Shown: positions 38,619-52,690 of the stretch, in pieces
Position numbering within the stretch: the first letter of the stretch is position 1
How the letters are laid out: every line of letters starts with the position of its first letter
Assembly (NCBI GenBank): GCA_951406725.2
Contig: OX597834.1
Coordinates: 682,001 to 746,000, forward strand
Origin: Octopus vulgaris
Lineage: Eukaryota
Length of the DNA stretch: 64,000 bases
Direction of reading: 5' to 3'
The notes under the pieces: generated by a model
Databases searched by the model: none
The model's input: the letters and a program-made list of their open reading frames with translations, nothing else
Told to the model about the DNA's origin: nothing
Made by a program: the position numbers and the translations under genes

Positions 38619-39147
38619 GAAAGCTGTGTGTGTGCGCGTGCCCGCGTGCGTGTATTTCCACATACGACTTCGTTTCGTTGTCCATAGGAACCCACTTCGG
38701 TTTGGAAAGAAAATGTGATTGAGAACGTTATTCTGTACAAATATATAATGGAAGAAATTATGGTGAAACATAAGATAGAAGAAAGGTAAAAAGAAAAAAA
38801 AAGTGGCAAGAGGTTTACCGCAATAAATTCGTATATACTCATTAATTTCTAAATTTGAATAAAGTCACGTAGAATAAGAAATCCATTCTTTATTCGCCAC
38901 ATATCTATAAGCATCAGAACGCACGATTGAATTCCATCCGACATTTCCGTTACCGCTCCCCTAGTAATGAGAAGCACACGATTCAACCACGAACGGTTCA
39001 TAGAGTTTAGTCATATTTAATCATATTTTACCAATGCACATTTCGTATACTTTTTACACACTTTCAACCTTCATGATTTTGATGGTATTGTATAGGCTAG
39101 CGAGAGAGAGAGAGAGGGAGTGTGTGTGTGTGTGTGTGTGTGTATAC

Positions 39148-39653
39148 ATAAAAATTGGCCCTTTCTCATATTGTATGAAGAATACCGAATGTCTCCATGC
39201 ACTACCTGCCTGACAAGAAACTCAGACACTCCCATGTCCCTGGCAATGGACCTGATTGGCTTGGAGGGATCGTTGTCAATCATGGTCTGGATCTCACCAA
39301 CGAATTCAGTTCTTTTCATATCAGAACGTTCAGAGTTAATTTTCCTTGATGTCGTACCTTAGTAATCCCCATTAGACTCATTCAACTCTTTCCGAATCCT
39401 CTGCACTGGCCTCACATTGAGACCCAAATACTCTGAAATGTTCGTAGTGGAGCTTCTGGCACGCGAAGGCCAAGCAGTACAGCATGTCGTTTCCAAATTT
39501 CTTGCAGTGAGTAGCATTATGGTGCTGATTTTCTCACAGACGGTGCGCAACTGACCCTACAATACTCTGTGGTCAAAAAAATCAATAGCAAACAATGAGC
39601 ATACGCGAACGTAAGAATATATGATGGTAGAAACTTAGTCATTGCACCCTGTA
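39148..39653 (-). mobile_element. Tc1/mariner transposon 5' fragment (transposase HTH region)
   Basis: RC end TA|CAGGGTG; EFVGEIQTMIDNDPSKPIRSIARDMGVSEFLVRQVVH.DIRY.SY.MRKGQFL. Confidence 0.8.
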
Positions 39654-39828
39654 TGTTATTTTGCATGCCATGGTAGCGAGATTTAGCTAATATACGATGA
39701 CCGGACGCCTCCCACTGGTGAAGCCCAGTAGACTGAAATCGCATGATATGGAGTTTCTGGTACCCATAACGTGGACTATTCTCCTCTGTCAGTATTTGTG
39801 CCATAGATTTTTATATATCTATATATCT

Positions 39829-39899
<71 letters not shown>

Positions 39900-39929
39900 T
39901 GAATACATATATGCATATATATATATATA

Positions 39930-40363
39930 CTCTTTACTCTTTTACTTGTTTCAGTTATTTGACTGTGGCCATGCTGGAGCACCACCTTTTAGTCGAGCAA
40001 ATCGACCCCAGGACTTATTCTTTGTAAGCTTAGTACTTATTCTAACAGTCTTTTTTGCCGAACCGCTAAGTTACGGGGACGTAAACACACAGCATCGGTT
40101 GTCAAGCGATGTTGGGGGGGGGGGGACAAACACAGACACACATACATATACACATACACATACATATACACATACACATACATATATATATATATATAGA
40201 TATATACGACGGGCTTCTTTCAGTTTCTGTCTACCAAATCCACTCACAAGGCTTTGGTCGACCCGAGGCTATAGTAGAAGACACTTGCCCAAGGTGCCCC
40301 ACAGCGGGACTGAATCCGAAACTATGTGGTTCGTAAGCAAGCTACTTACCACACAGCCACTTC
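39930..40363 (-). mobile_element. tRNA-derived SINE family B, full length, with CR1-group-like tail
   Basis: RC head gtggctgtgtggtaagtagcttg..ggattcagtccc; internal microsatellite; tail ggtggtgctccagcatggccacagtcaaataactgaaac + short repeats. Confidence 0.9.
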
Positions 40364-40705
40364 TACATATATATATGTATTTATTATACTTATATATACA
40401 TACACACATATATTTAGATAGGTAAATAGTTAGTAAGAGACAAATAGATAGATAGAAAGAGAGGGGGAGAAATTCGTGTATTTGTGTGATTTCCAAAATG
40501 GAGGCGAACACCTTTCTTGATGTGATCGGCTTGAAAAAATTATTAAAACACTAGGATATTTCCTACTCTGTCTAACATGAAACCAATGGTAGCCTTAATT
40601 CACAAATAAAGAAACTATATCCACCAATACAGTGTTGAGCACTCATCTTCATCCTTCGACATTTACATGTATATATATATATATGCATGTATGTATATAT
40701 ATATC

Positions 40706-40770
<65 letters not shown>

Positions 40771-41105
40771 TTTTCGATTATTGTTGAGATGCATGAAAGC
40801 GACCGAAAGAAAATGTAAAATTAATGCCCCAGCAGGGCCGCAGTCGTGATGATGAACACTTACCCAAAAAATGTTGTAGATCACTCCATGAAACCAATCT
40901 ATGATTCTTTGACTGAATCTTTAAGACCTACTAGTAATGTTTGGTAGAATAAAATTCGTAGTCTGCGAGAAAATAATTAGTTTCACTGTCGGGATTCCTA
41001 GTTTTACGTGTGAATCTCTTTGATTTGATCAGCATCATAACATGCAACTATTGGTTCCAGTTGTATGTTGGAGATTCTTCACACACTCACACACACACAT
41101 ACACG

Positions 41106-41161
<56 letters not shown>

Positions 41162-41207
41162 TGCACATGTATAATTTGTTCTGTGTCGCCTTAATGTAAT
41201 AAATTGA

Positions 41208-41302
41208 TCCTCTGGAGAATTTTTGAGGATTTCCATCCACCCACACTACGAAAGCCTATGGCTATGGATGCTAATACCAAAATTGCGAAACGTACGTAGG
41301 GA
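41208..41302 (+). ncRNA. Degenerate hammerhead-like motif with long helix II
   Basis: TCCT-CTGGAGA-atttttg..caaaattgc-GAAA-CGTACG-TA-GGGA; core mutated. Confidence 0.4.
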
Positions 41303-41468
41303 ACAAATGTGCTTGTCATACTTTTCCTAATATTTGGTCAGTATTACATAATTAGTAACACTACTAATTACTGTAGTGACCACTTTACTAGAAGTAGAAT
41401 GGTTGATACCAATAACATAGATAGATAGATAGACAGACAGACAGATAACCCTAAATGTATATATGCAA

Positions 41469-41530
<62 letters not shown>

Positions 41531-42529
41531 ATGTTTGGGTGGGCGGTTTAAATGTGTGTGTTTATATATGCATATATATCTTGTGTGTGTCTGTATACAT
41601 ATATATTATTGTTATTATATAATTTTACATTTCGTAACGCAATACCATCCGTATTTTGTCCATCAGTCAATTATAAAATATTCAGTATATGAAAATAAAA
41701 TACCAACATGACCTTAACAAAGTAAAACAGAATTTAATAAAAACTTCATTCTATCGCAGAACAATGATAAAGCTTTTAAAATGGCGTGTGGATCTGAATA
41801 AATAAAGATGAATTGCTTTTGTCTCGAAGAAAGTATTATAACGCTCATGAATACACATTTTTTTTAGGTAGATTGAGGAGTTCACAGCAGGGTTTCAATA
41901 GTAATGTATGCATTTAACAATAAATATAATATTCTGTTAACACGAACTCGAGAATTTGCGGTCATTTGTGTGGTTAGATATGGCGGCGAGATAACACAAC
42001 TTGAAAATATATGAAGAGAACGTGTTCTGCATTTGAAATTATTGGTAAAATCGATTGTTTTACAGAAAGGAAGTAACGTGTTTAACTGCTTCACATACCA
42101 GGAAATATTTTGCGTTCTGTATCGAATGCTCCCTTGACAATCGATATGTGATTGGATATCACATAGATCGATAAATATTTTGAGTTTAACTGCGATTTTT
42201 AACGATCTATTTTGTGCATTTCACTATTAATCTTTTACGCTATTACAAAGTGTGAATACTTTCTGTTTGTAAACGCGAATATGTGATATTTATTTCATAA
42301 AGTGTTAAAAAAGTTATTTTAAATTATTTTATAGAATGAGTTTCAAGAATGATTTATTTTTCACAAACGGGCGCAGATACACCATTGTGATTGAGATTTT
42401 TATTTGAGGACGAGTTTCCTCCTTCGGTGCTATTGGACAGCATACTGGACAGATTGGTCCATATCCATTGATAAAGTAATTTCTTGAAACTGAAATTTGG
42501 AAGATGTGTGCTTGCGAGTGCGTACGCGA

Positions 42530-42830
42530 AGTCGTATCGCTTAGTTGTTGAGGTATTTGACTCAGGATCGTAAGGTCGTGCGATCGATTCCCGGTGGTGC
42601 GTTGTGTCTTTTAGCAAGGCACTTTCTTTCTCGTTGATCGAGCTGGTAAATTAAAGGCCTGACTTTTGTCACATTCTGTGTCACGCTGAATATCTCTGAG
42701 AACTATTTTAAGATCACGCGTGGCTGTGGAGTACTCAGCCATCTGCACGTTAAGTTCACGATTTCACGAGCAGGCTATTCCATTGATAGCATCAACTGGA
42801 ACTCTCGCCGTCGTGGCCATCGGGGAACAA
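42530..42830 (+). mobile_element. Degenerate tRNA-derived SINE (third family)
   Basis: tRNA-like head cgcttagttgttgaggtatttgactc..aggtcgtgcgatcgattccc followed by gttgtgtcttttagcaaggcacttt. Confidence 0.55.
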
Positions 42831-43287
42831 ATTTTATATAGAAAGAAGATATAAAAGATGAAAGGTTGAAAAACTAACCATCTATCTTTTATATCTATTT
42901 CTTTCTCGCCTTTTCTCACTTTTTCTCTCATCCTATCGTCCTGTTTTTTGCTTGTTATGCAATATGGGCAGTGTCTGAAGTTTGTGCTAAAGCACCAGAG
43001 GTTGTAAAGGATACTGTCTGAAATGATTTCATCACATGAAACTAATAGTAGCACACAAAAAACCATTTATTGAGTTTATTAAATAATACTTATTTCTCAC
43101 GAGTTGGAGATTTTTGTTTGTAGAAGTGTGTACATGCATACCTACATAAATACATGCGTGGACGCATGCATACAAATACCTATATACATACACACATATA
43201 TGCAATGTATCAATATGAGCATAAACAGAAAGACAAATATACATGCGTATATATACATACATACACATCCATACACTCATATATTTA

Positions 43288-43330
<43 letters not shown>

Positions 43331-43706
43331 CTACATAAACACAATACATACAAACACATATATTTACATACACGCATACCTAATACAGATGTACATACAC
43401 ACATACATATCAGTACATATAAATATCAGTGACATTCCGATGAATATTCCATAGGTCCTCCCCGTCAAAATCCATTACTCAGCAATCGGAGGTCGTCTGA
43501 TCGAATAAGACAAACAGTTTTACTTCTTCCTCTTAAATAAACTCCATTTTCACAACATTCCACTAAAGTCATAGAAAAGACATCCAAATGAAATGACATG
43601 AAATGGCAAAAGCTTAAACAAACGTGATCGCGGTTGACAGAAGCAGAACTTATATACGTCAAATATAACATCACCTCGTATGTTATTTATTGCACTGCAT
43701 TTTCAC

Positions 43707-43810
<104 letters not shown>

Positions 43811-43872
43811 TTATATATATATATTACATGACATTATTCTATATTATATTATATCATATTATAATGTAATAT

Positions 43873-43914
<42 letters not shown>

Positions 43915-44074
43915 AAAGAGAGATAGAAAAGAAATAAATGATTATCATATGAAGTTCATAGTCCATCAGCTGTTTTTGCTATGGAAAGCAGTGGACTCAT
44001 TGGTGAGTACCTGATAAACACAGAGCTTCATCGGAGCCTTGAATATGAAGGGCAATTCATTTGGGAAAGAATTC

Positions 44075-44627
44075 TGATGCAGTACCCCGCAGTGACTCTC
44101 ATGGCTTCTCATCTTAACTAATTGGATGTGCTATCATGTATATATTTTGTCGTGGTGGGAAAAATGGGAATACAGCAAATAATCTGCTCAATGCCACAGA
44201 TTTGCTTGTCAGTTGTATGACCTTCACCACTTCAGCATCCTCCCTCCACATATGCATCTCTGATCAAGAGTAGGAGTAGTGGAGGTGCAGAATAGCTGTG
44301 TGCTGAGAGGAATCCTTTGAGGTTTGAATAATTCGCCTCTGGAAACATGGGTCAACTGTTCATCATCCTTAAACAAACCTTATTCAGGGACCTCTTGAGT
44401 GGGATAGGCTACTCGACTCGAAGGAAATTCTAACTGAACCTCTACATGCAAGGTCATGGACTGTTTACTTTGATATGTGATCACCATGTTGTGCACATGT
44501 GATTTGTAATGCCCGTGTCTGGTGTACCCTTATCAGACAGGTAGTCATGATGGGTATATTGGGCTTCGTATATTTTACTCCATTCTCTCTTTGATGGCAT
44601 GCACTGCTCTCTCACTCAACAATAATA
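44075..44627 (+). mobile_element. Dispersed repeat, probable degenerate LINE 3' end
   Basis: Homologous to reverse complement of 25159-25715; ends in aacaataataa. Confidence 0.65.
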
Positions 44628-44629
44628 AA

Positions 44630-45655
44630 CACGAACAAAATAAAAAACTGTTTTCTGTTTTTAAGGAAGCTGACAAATACAAAAAAGAAGTCATAGTAGC
44701 TAACAACAATGAAGTAAAAGAAGGAAGAGCAAAAGCTGTAAAACAAATGAATTCCAAACTAAAACTAGAACAGCAATGGGTCATGTTAAACGATGGCAAG
44801 AAAAGCCCCTTCGTGGCAGATACTGGGTTAAACTAAATGTAAAAGAAATAGACAAAGCAAAATCCCAACAATGGCTGAGAAGTTCAGGACTCAAAACAGG
44901 GACTGAAGAATTTTTAATTCCAGCACAAGATCAAAGCCGTCCCACCAGAAACCACCAAAAACATGTAATAAAAAGAAACATAACAAGTAACTGCAGAATA
45001 TGTGGAGATGAAGAAGAAGCAATAAATAATATTGTCTCTAGCTGCCCAGCCCTGGCTCAGATGGAATATATTCGCAGACACGACAGAGTTGGGACATATA
45101 TACACTAGAAGCTATGCCAACACTTTGGAAAACAGCAGAAAAAATGGTATAGGCACACCCCAGAAACGGTCACAGAAAATGAGAAAGCAACCATACTCTG
45201 GGATATGCCAATACACACAGGTAGAGAAATTAAGTCCAGTAGGCTGGATATAGTTGTCAGAGATCACCAAGAAAACAAATGCTTTTTAATCCACACATCA
45301 ATACCAACAGATGACAACGTTTCTCTAAAAGAAACGGCAAAACTTTTAAAATACAAAGATCTGGAAATAGAGGTAACTTGAATGTGGAGTCTAAGTGGGC
45401 GCATTAGGTATGATAAAAAAATATTCAAAAAAATACGCAACAAAAACAGCAGGACTTACAAGTATATATAACATAGAGAAAATAGCACTACTAGGCACCA
45501 CACACATCCTACGTAAAACACTTTCAATAGAGTGAAAATAAGAGCATCACAAGAAACCACAGCACATACCCAAGGCATACATAGAGCTGCGCACGGTAGT
45601 TAAGTGAAATCACGTGATAGATATAAGATTACCGAATAATAATAATAATAATAAT
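44630..45655 (+). pseudogene. R4/Dong-type LINE 3' part: CCHC knuckle + restriction-like endonuclease, degenerate
   Basis: SQQWLRSSGLK..AQDQS.PTRN, CRICGDEEEAINNIVSSC, RRHDRVG, ILWDMPIHT, DIVVRD, KYKDLEIE, HILRKTL; (AAT)n tail. Confidence 0.92.
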
Positions 45656-45656
45656 C

Positions 45657-45995
45657 AATTCTTTTTTATTGGCCACAAGGGCTGACACGCATGATTACAT
45701 AAAGGGACAAAACAGGACGAAAGGTTACAAAGGGTTTTGCAGTTTTTGAAAAACATCGAGTAAAAACTTAATAACAACAATTATAAAACAATGAAAAACT
45801 CCCAAAAGTGGGAGACGTTTCGAAAGGTTCCTGGTGGAAAAAACCCTACAAAAGCCAACGGGAGCCTGGTCAAAAAAAAGGGGTGTAGAGAGTCCCTTTT
45901 TTCTCCTTTTACATTACCTTTTTGAAATTACAGGCGAAACCTGAGAACTGGTCCATTTATACTGGCCAGTCTCGCACAATTCACCCACCTTTCAT
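45657..45995 (-). mobile_element. Tx1-like LINE 3' end
   Basis: ERWVNCARLASINGPVLRFRL* then UTR ending cccttgtggccaataaaaaag. Confidence 0.6.
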
Positions 45996-46109
45996 AATAA
46001 TAATAATAATAATGATGATGATGGTGGTGGTGGTGGTGGTGAGACACAGAATTGATAAAACAACGGTGAGCGACAAACGCAGAATGCATGGTGAGAGGGA
46101 TGGAAATAG

Positions 46110-46860
46110 TGTAGCACATTGTGAGTGAGTGGCCGGCATTGTTGGCAGAACGCGGATACAGAAGGCGACATGATAATGTGGTAAGAATGATGCATTGAGA
46201 GCTCTGTGGAAATTATGGCCTAGAAACATCGAAGACGTGGAATGGCCAAATCCCAGAAGGTGTTATTGAGAATGAGGCTGGCAAAATCCGATGGGATGCA
46301 ATGATTCAATGTAATCATCAGATTTGACATCGAAAATCCGACTCTGGTGTGGTGAAAAGAAGCATGCTTTCTAATTCTCATCGTCTGTCCCGATGACAAC
46401 AGGGTCGAAGGGAAAGATGAAAATGTGAACAGCTATGAGGAATTGAGTGAGAAATACACAGGTTGTTGGCAACGGTACACGTAATACCAACAGTGTCTGG
46501 CGCGCTTGGAAGTATTTGTACCGAACTACGAACATGACTAAAGAATATTGGAATGTAAAGATAGAACACCCGCAGAAATCATCATCGCATGGAACTGCTT
46601 GAGTTCTCGGCATGGACTCTGAAGCATAGTCAGTAAACAACAATGTCAGATTTTCGATGTCAAATCTGATGATTACGCTGAATCACTGCATCCCATCGGA
46701 TTTTGCAATCCTCATTCTCAATAAGCATCTTCTGAGATTTGGCCATTCCAAGTCTTCCATCTTTGGAGGCCATAATTCCCACAAAGCTCCCAATGCATCA
46801 TTCTTGCCACATTATCATGTCGCCTTTAGCCTGCTGGCTGTGGGCAGCTGACACTTTCCT
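46110..46860. mobile_element. Two R4/Dong fragments in inverted (tail-to-tail) orientation
   Basis: RRHDNVVRMMH.ELCGNYGL..PEGVIENE..KIRWD at 46160-46345 (+), diverged reverse complement at 46645-46830. Confidence 0.8.
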
Positions 46861-47005
46861 TCATAATTTGTAAAATAAAATTGCAATTTTTCACAATAAA
46901 ATAACAATAACGAGGAGGAGGAGGACGAGGTGGGAGGCGGGGTGAGGATGCTAATGATGATGATGATGATGATGAGAATAACAATGATAATGACGACAAC
47001 GGTTA

Positions 47006-47037
<32 letters not shown>

Positions 47038-47044
47038 AATTCTC

Positions 47045-47281
47045 CGGTCCAAGACGATGTATGACCGTTCAGTTTTTGCCGAACGACTTGGGGGTTCCAA
47101 CCATTTATTTATTATTTATTTCTCTGATTTCTATTGTATATCCTTTGTTATATCCTTTAATGTGGTATTCCCTCATTTTAATCGATGTAAATCCCACGTG
47201 CTTCCATATTTTTGCTTTTATTTTGTTCGTCCTTCGATATTGTCTTCCATCTTTTGGACCCTAGTGGCCAATAAAAGATAT
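47045..47281 (+). mobile_element. Probable Tx1-like 3' UTR
   Basis: Ends gtccttcgatattgtc..ccctagtggccaataaaagat, then (TTC)n/(TTA)n. Confidence 0.5.
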
Positions 47282-47288
47282 CTTCCTT

Positions 47289-47403
<115 letters not shown>

Positions 47404-47864
47404 GTTATATAGTTAACATTCAACAAATCAACTAATAAATTGTCCGATTAATCCTTCGATCAATTAATTAATCTATTAAGTTTTATATGTGTGTGTATGG
47501 TTGGAGAGGGGCTGTTGATATAAACCAGAGAAAGGCATCTGCGGCCACAGAAACCCACCGACGTGCATCAAGCGACTGAAACGATATCCTGGCATTCACA
47601 GCCAGAAACACAGAAATACATTGTTTCGGCCATTGCCAGACCCGTACACGACGGATGCCGAGACGAAATACGAACACAGACAACGATACGGAGACGTCGT
47701 CGTCAGCAGGAAATCATCACATTTCACAGAAAACCATTGAACAATATTATCGTAAAACTAAAACATAAATAAAATTTAACAGTCTCCAAACTCAGCATTG
47801 TTATTAGTGATAAATGAGACAGTTGTTAATTATAGGTTGATTAAATAGACATTAAGCAGAGTAT

Positions 47865-47943
<79 letters not shown>

Positions 47944-48161
47944 GGTTGATGATTGACAATGTTTAAGGATAATTACCAGAAAATATATATTCAGCCAGTG
48001 CTGAATGGAAAATAGAGAAAAAAATTAATCCAAAAACATCAAACAATAAAAAACGACGAAAAATAAAATACTTATTAAGATTTATTTTAGCCGTCAGCTA
48101 TTAAGTTCATTATTATTGAAATAGACACAAATTTGTGTGTGTGTGTGTGTGTATTATATGT

Positions 48162-48194
<33 letters not shown>

Positions 48195-48345
48195 CATACA
48201 TATATATATACATATACATATATATATAATACTATTACACACACACACGCACACATATGGAGAGAGCGTGCACATAAACACGTCTGCACACATACACTCA
48301 CTTATATAATGATATGTTATATAAGGAAACAGATAAACAAAATGA

Positions 48346-48397
<52 letters not shown>

Positions 48398-48521
48398 TAT
48401 ATACACATACATATATACAAATTAACAGCTAGATTGACAAACAAACAGAAAAGTACATAAATATAGGTCCAGAAGTAGATAACTGATCAGCTAAATAACC
48501 AGGTAGATAGATAGATAGATC

Positions 48522-48599
<78 letters not shown>

Positions 48600-49321
48600 C
48601 GCATACATACATACATATTTACATGGATGGACATAAGAGATAGATATGTGTGTATATCTGTCTATATAAAGAAGCAGTCAATCTTCAAACATGTTATATT
48701 GAACACCCGTGGGGTGGGGTGCGGTACTATAAAGTTGATGCTATAAAAAAGACTTTCTTTTTTTTTATATTTGTTTCTCTTTTCCGGTTGATATCGGTTT
48801 TCTTAGTTACAACGCGACATCAAAACGCCTCTGTGCTTCTGACGTCATTTAGAAGCTGAGACTGCGAAAGTCAATGATTAATAGAGATTAATAAAGAAAT
48901 TTGGGAAATATTTAGAAATAGATCACATCTGGAGCTATGTTTCCGGAATATAGCTTATATATCTCATATCTTATGTGTGTGTGTGTGAATGTGTGTGTGT
49001 GTGTGTGTATGGGTTTATGTTAGCGGAGACAAACCACTGTCCCCATTATCAATATCATCAATTAATATCATCATAGAGCCTGTATGGAGAGTTGGTAAGG
49101 ATGTAAATTGATTTATTAACATAGTTCCCAGCTAAAATTTGAATACAAATAAATTAAAAAAAACTTACGTATGTTGCATAATAGTTGCATAATTTCAAGA
49201 ACCGGATTAAATCCAATGATGAGAATTAATTATCCTTTTGAACAATATTTCCTTTCTTCTCTAGTCTATTAATTTAATTCCTTACATAAGCATCTAGCCT
49301 TCCTTTTTTCAAAAAAACCCC

Positions 49322-49442
49322 AAAAACCTGAAGAGAATCTACCTTATATTATTCAAATTGGTAATTCTCATCAATGGATTTAATCCAATTCTTGAAATTA
49401 TGCATTTATTTGTGGCTGGAATCGAAACGTACGTAGGTTTTT
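49322..49442 (+). ncRNA. Hammerhead-like motif with ~90-nt helix II insert
   Basis: AAAAC-CTGAAGA-gaatctacc..ggctggaatc-GAAA-CGTACG-TA-GGTTTT; overlaps inverted repeat 49092-49231/49362-49510. Confidence 0.55.
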
Positions 49443-49549
49443 CTGAATTTAATTGTATTCAGATTTCATCTTGGAATTATGTTAAATAAATTGATTTATA
49501 CCCTTACCAATTCTTCATTTTCTCACCTTTTATGAAATATATATATATT

Positions 49550-49592
<43 letters not shown>

Positions 49593-51080
49593 CTATACCT
49601 GTGTATATAGTTTCTATTAGCATTACGTTTTGACTTTGCGAATCCATGTAGGAAATCCACAACATAACCCCACCCACCTCGCCCCCACCAGTACCCCATG
49701 TTCAATTACACATTTTCGCCCTTCTTGTCCACCCATTTCTCGCTTGGCTTCTTCGACTCATTCCAACTGATTTACTTCAATCTGTCACGTTATTGCTGCC
49801 AATGAGTCAGTTAACCAAACCAATTATAATATCCTTCCTTTCCAGCAACCAACACAACCTGTCTTTTATTTCCCAAGTCAAATTTCGTTATTTCGTTTTT
49901 AATTGCAAATTTCAAATTTTTATTTCTCTTGGGGTGGTTATTAATTTTTTGTAATTTATTACTGAAATTATAACAAAATTTTAATACACTATCTCAGAAA
50001 ATATAGCGAGTTTTTGAAACAACAACAATAATTGCTGTGGACAAGACATGATTGTTATTTGTTAGATATATAAACATATATAATATATATGTATGTGTGT
50101 ATGTATGCATGCAAATACATACATAAATACATACATACACAGACACATACACTCATATGCATGTACGTGTTTATATACACTTATATACGAACATGCATAT
50201 ACATAGAGTGCTCGTGCATGTATGAAAATCAGTGCGAAATGTGAGCATAATTGGTGTAGACAGATCCAATCTGCAAAAGGCACAAGATATATACATACAT
50301 GAAGGTAATAAGGAGAGTGTATAATAAACCCCCCTGTGTCAAGGATTCATCCGTCCCACAGGTGAGTAACTCCATAAAAATTAGTTATGAACAACACCAC
50401 TGTTTGTTATAAGCTGAGTCCATTCTGGCTTCACATCGTTCAGCATCCCAAACTTATCCTTATCAGGTGAATCCACTTTGATGTTACCCAGTTGGTGATG
50501 TTACACACATACATCACCAACTGGTTGTTGGGTTTCTTAAAGTAGGGTCCATTTTGTTGTCGCTCCATTCAAATCACCAACCTACTCTTTGGGCGACTTT
50601 TGGTGACGTCCATTCTTTCTCATCCAGTTTAACTTCATCACCTGGTACTGGGGTACCTTTTAATGGAGTCTGTATTATCGGAAGAATTTATATTATGATC
50701 CAGTTTGTGGATACGCTAACCCTTCCTCCATCTGAAATTCGCCAAAGCCCTAAAAATTGTCAGCGATGGCGTCATTTTGTGTACGAAACAATGAATGTAA
50801 CGGAAAGGATTTATCCTAACTGCCCGACCGCTATATTTCTCTTACTGACGATCATCTCCCATCCAATGCTAAGTGCTACTACCTAATAGCTCCTGTATGT
50901 CAAGTCCTTTACAACTGACATTGCTTCTCTTCAGAAAGAAAAAACTTTTTCAAAATCCAGTTATCAAGATATTAATGGACGGCAAGTTTATCTTTGAAAT
51001 CACTTGTAAATACGTTTTTCTCACATTTATTCTACTCTTTGTTCATCCTTATCAAAATTATGAAAAATAAACAGATTTCA

Positions 51081-51148
<68 letters not shown>

Positions 51149-51219
51149 ATATATATATACAGGTAACATACACATACATACATACATACATACATACATA
51201 CATACATGCATATATATGT

Positions 51220-51256
<37 letters not shown>

Positions 51257-52194
51257 CATATAGAGAGAGATCTGTATATATATATACATATACAGATACG
51301 ACGTAAATTCTCGTACCACTCTTCCATCCTTACATGAATTCAATTGGGAAGCTGATATAGGGAGTCTTCAACAAAAATGACAAGTTCTTTAGTGTTTTAC
51401 ACACACACACATACATATACTATTGTATATATATACTATTCTATATTATACATCATGTATTATGTACGTGCGGTGGTGGTGGTGGGATGTTGTGTATAGT
51501 GTTGAACACATGACATAGCGATATTAGCAATACTCTCTTGGAATGTATTGTGCTTCTGTCTTTGTTCCGTTTGACATCAGTTCAACAGCGATGAGCAGAA
51601 ACTGTAAATCCTTCAGTCCGAGAGATGGCGGTGTGTTGGTAATAAAGTTACCCTGTCACACAATATTCCTTACAGCATTTGTTCCGGCTTTTCACGCTTT
51701 CAGTTCAAATTCTGCCGAATTTGCCTCTCCGTTTCATCTTTCTCTAAACACAAAAGCTATTGAATATGTCCAGAGAAAAGGATTGATGGAATTGTTAAAT
51801 TCTTGGCAAAAAAGTTTTTTCTTTTTTTTTTTTTGCTCTCTGTGTCTTAAATTCTGTTTCCAATTTCCAGTGCGTGATCGACGTTGCGTTCGGCTTCCTT
51901 GCGACGATTAAATATAAAACCATTCAGGGCGGTGGATCGGGGGAAGTGTTAGTGTTCGATGGATGTTTCTTTTTTTTTCTATCTTTAGTTGTTTCAACCA
52001 TCTGATTATGGTCATGCTGGAGCACCGCTTTGAAGAATTTAGTCGAACAAATAGACCGAAGTAATTACTTTTGAGTCAGTACGTATTATATAGTTCGTGG
52101 TTGATCAACCGCTGGTTACTGGGCCGTAAACAAACCAACATCGATTGTCAAACGAATTGGGGTCAAAATAACAAGTATAATTACAAAGACACTT

Positions 52195-52276
<82 letters not shown>

Positions 52277-52281
52277 GTATG

Positions 52282-52334
<53 letters not shown>

Positions 52335-52339
52335 CATAT

Positions 52340-52408
52340 ACGACGCCTGGTGGTTGTGGAAAGAATATATAGTTCCGGTTGTATGTGGCACCTTGGACAA
52401 GTGTCTTC

Positions 52409-52460
<52 letters not shown>

Positions 52461-52690
52461 TTATATGTATATCCTTGTGTACCCATGTTTGTCCCCCACC
52501 CTACATCGCCTGACAATCGATGTTGATATGTTTACGTCCCTGTAACTTAGCGGGTCGGCAAAAGAAACCGATAAAATAAGTACCAGGCTTGCAAAGAATA
52601 AGTCCTGGGTCGATTAGCTCGACTGAAGGCGGTGCTCCAGCATGGCCGCAGTTAAATGACTGAAACAAGTAAATGAATAAAAGAATACAT
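52340..52690 (+). mobile_element. SINE family B
   Basis: Matches reverse complement of 39930-40363; tail ggcggtgctccagcatggccgcagttaaatgactgaaac; partial minus-strand copies at ~51985-52200 and 52700-52870. Confidence 0.85.

Noticed and set aside
42530-42600. tRNA gene
   Set aside because: No complete cloverleaf; continues into a SINE body
50488-50900. 14-bp perfect hairpin and possible RTE 3' remnant on the minus strand
   Set aside because: Protein similarity too decayed to support by eye
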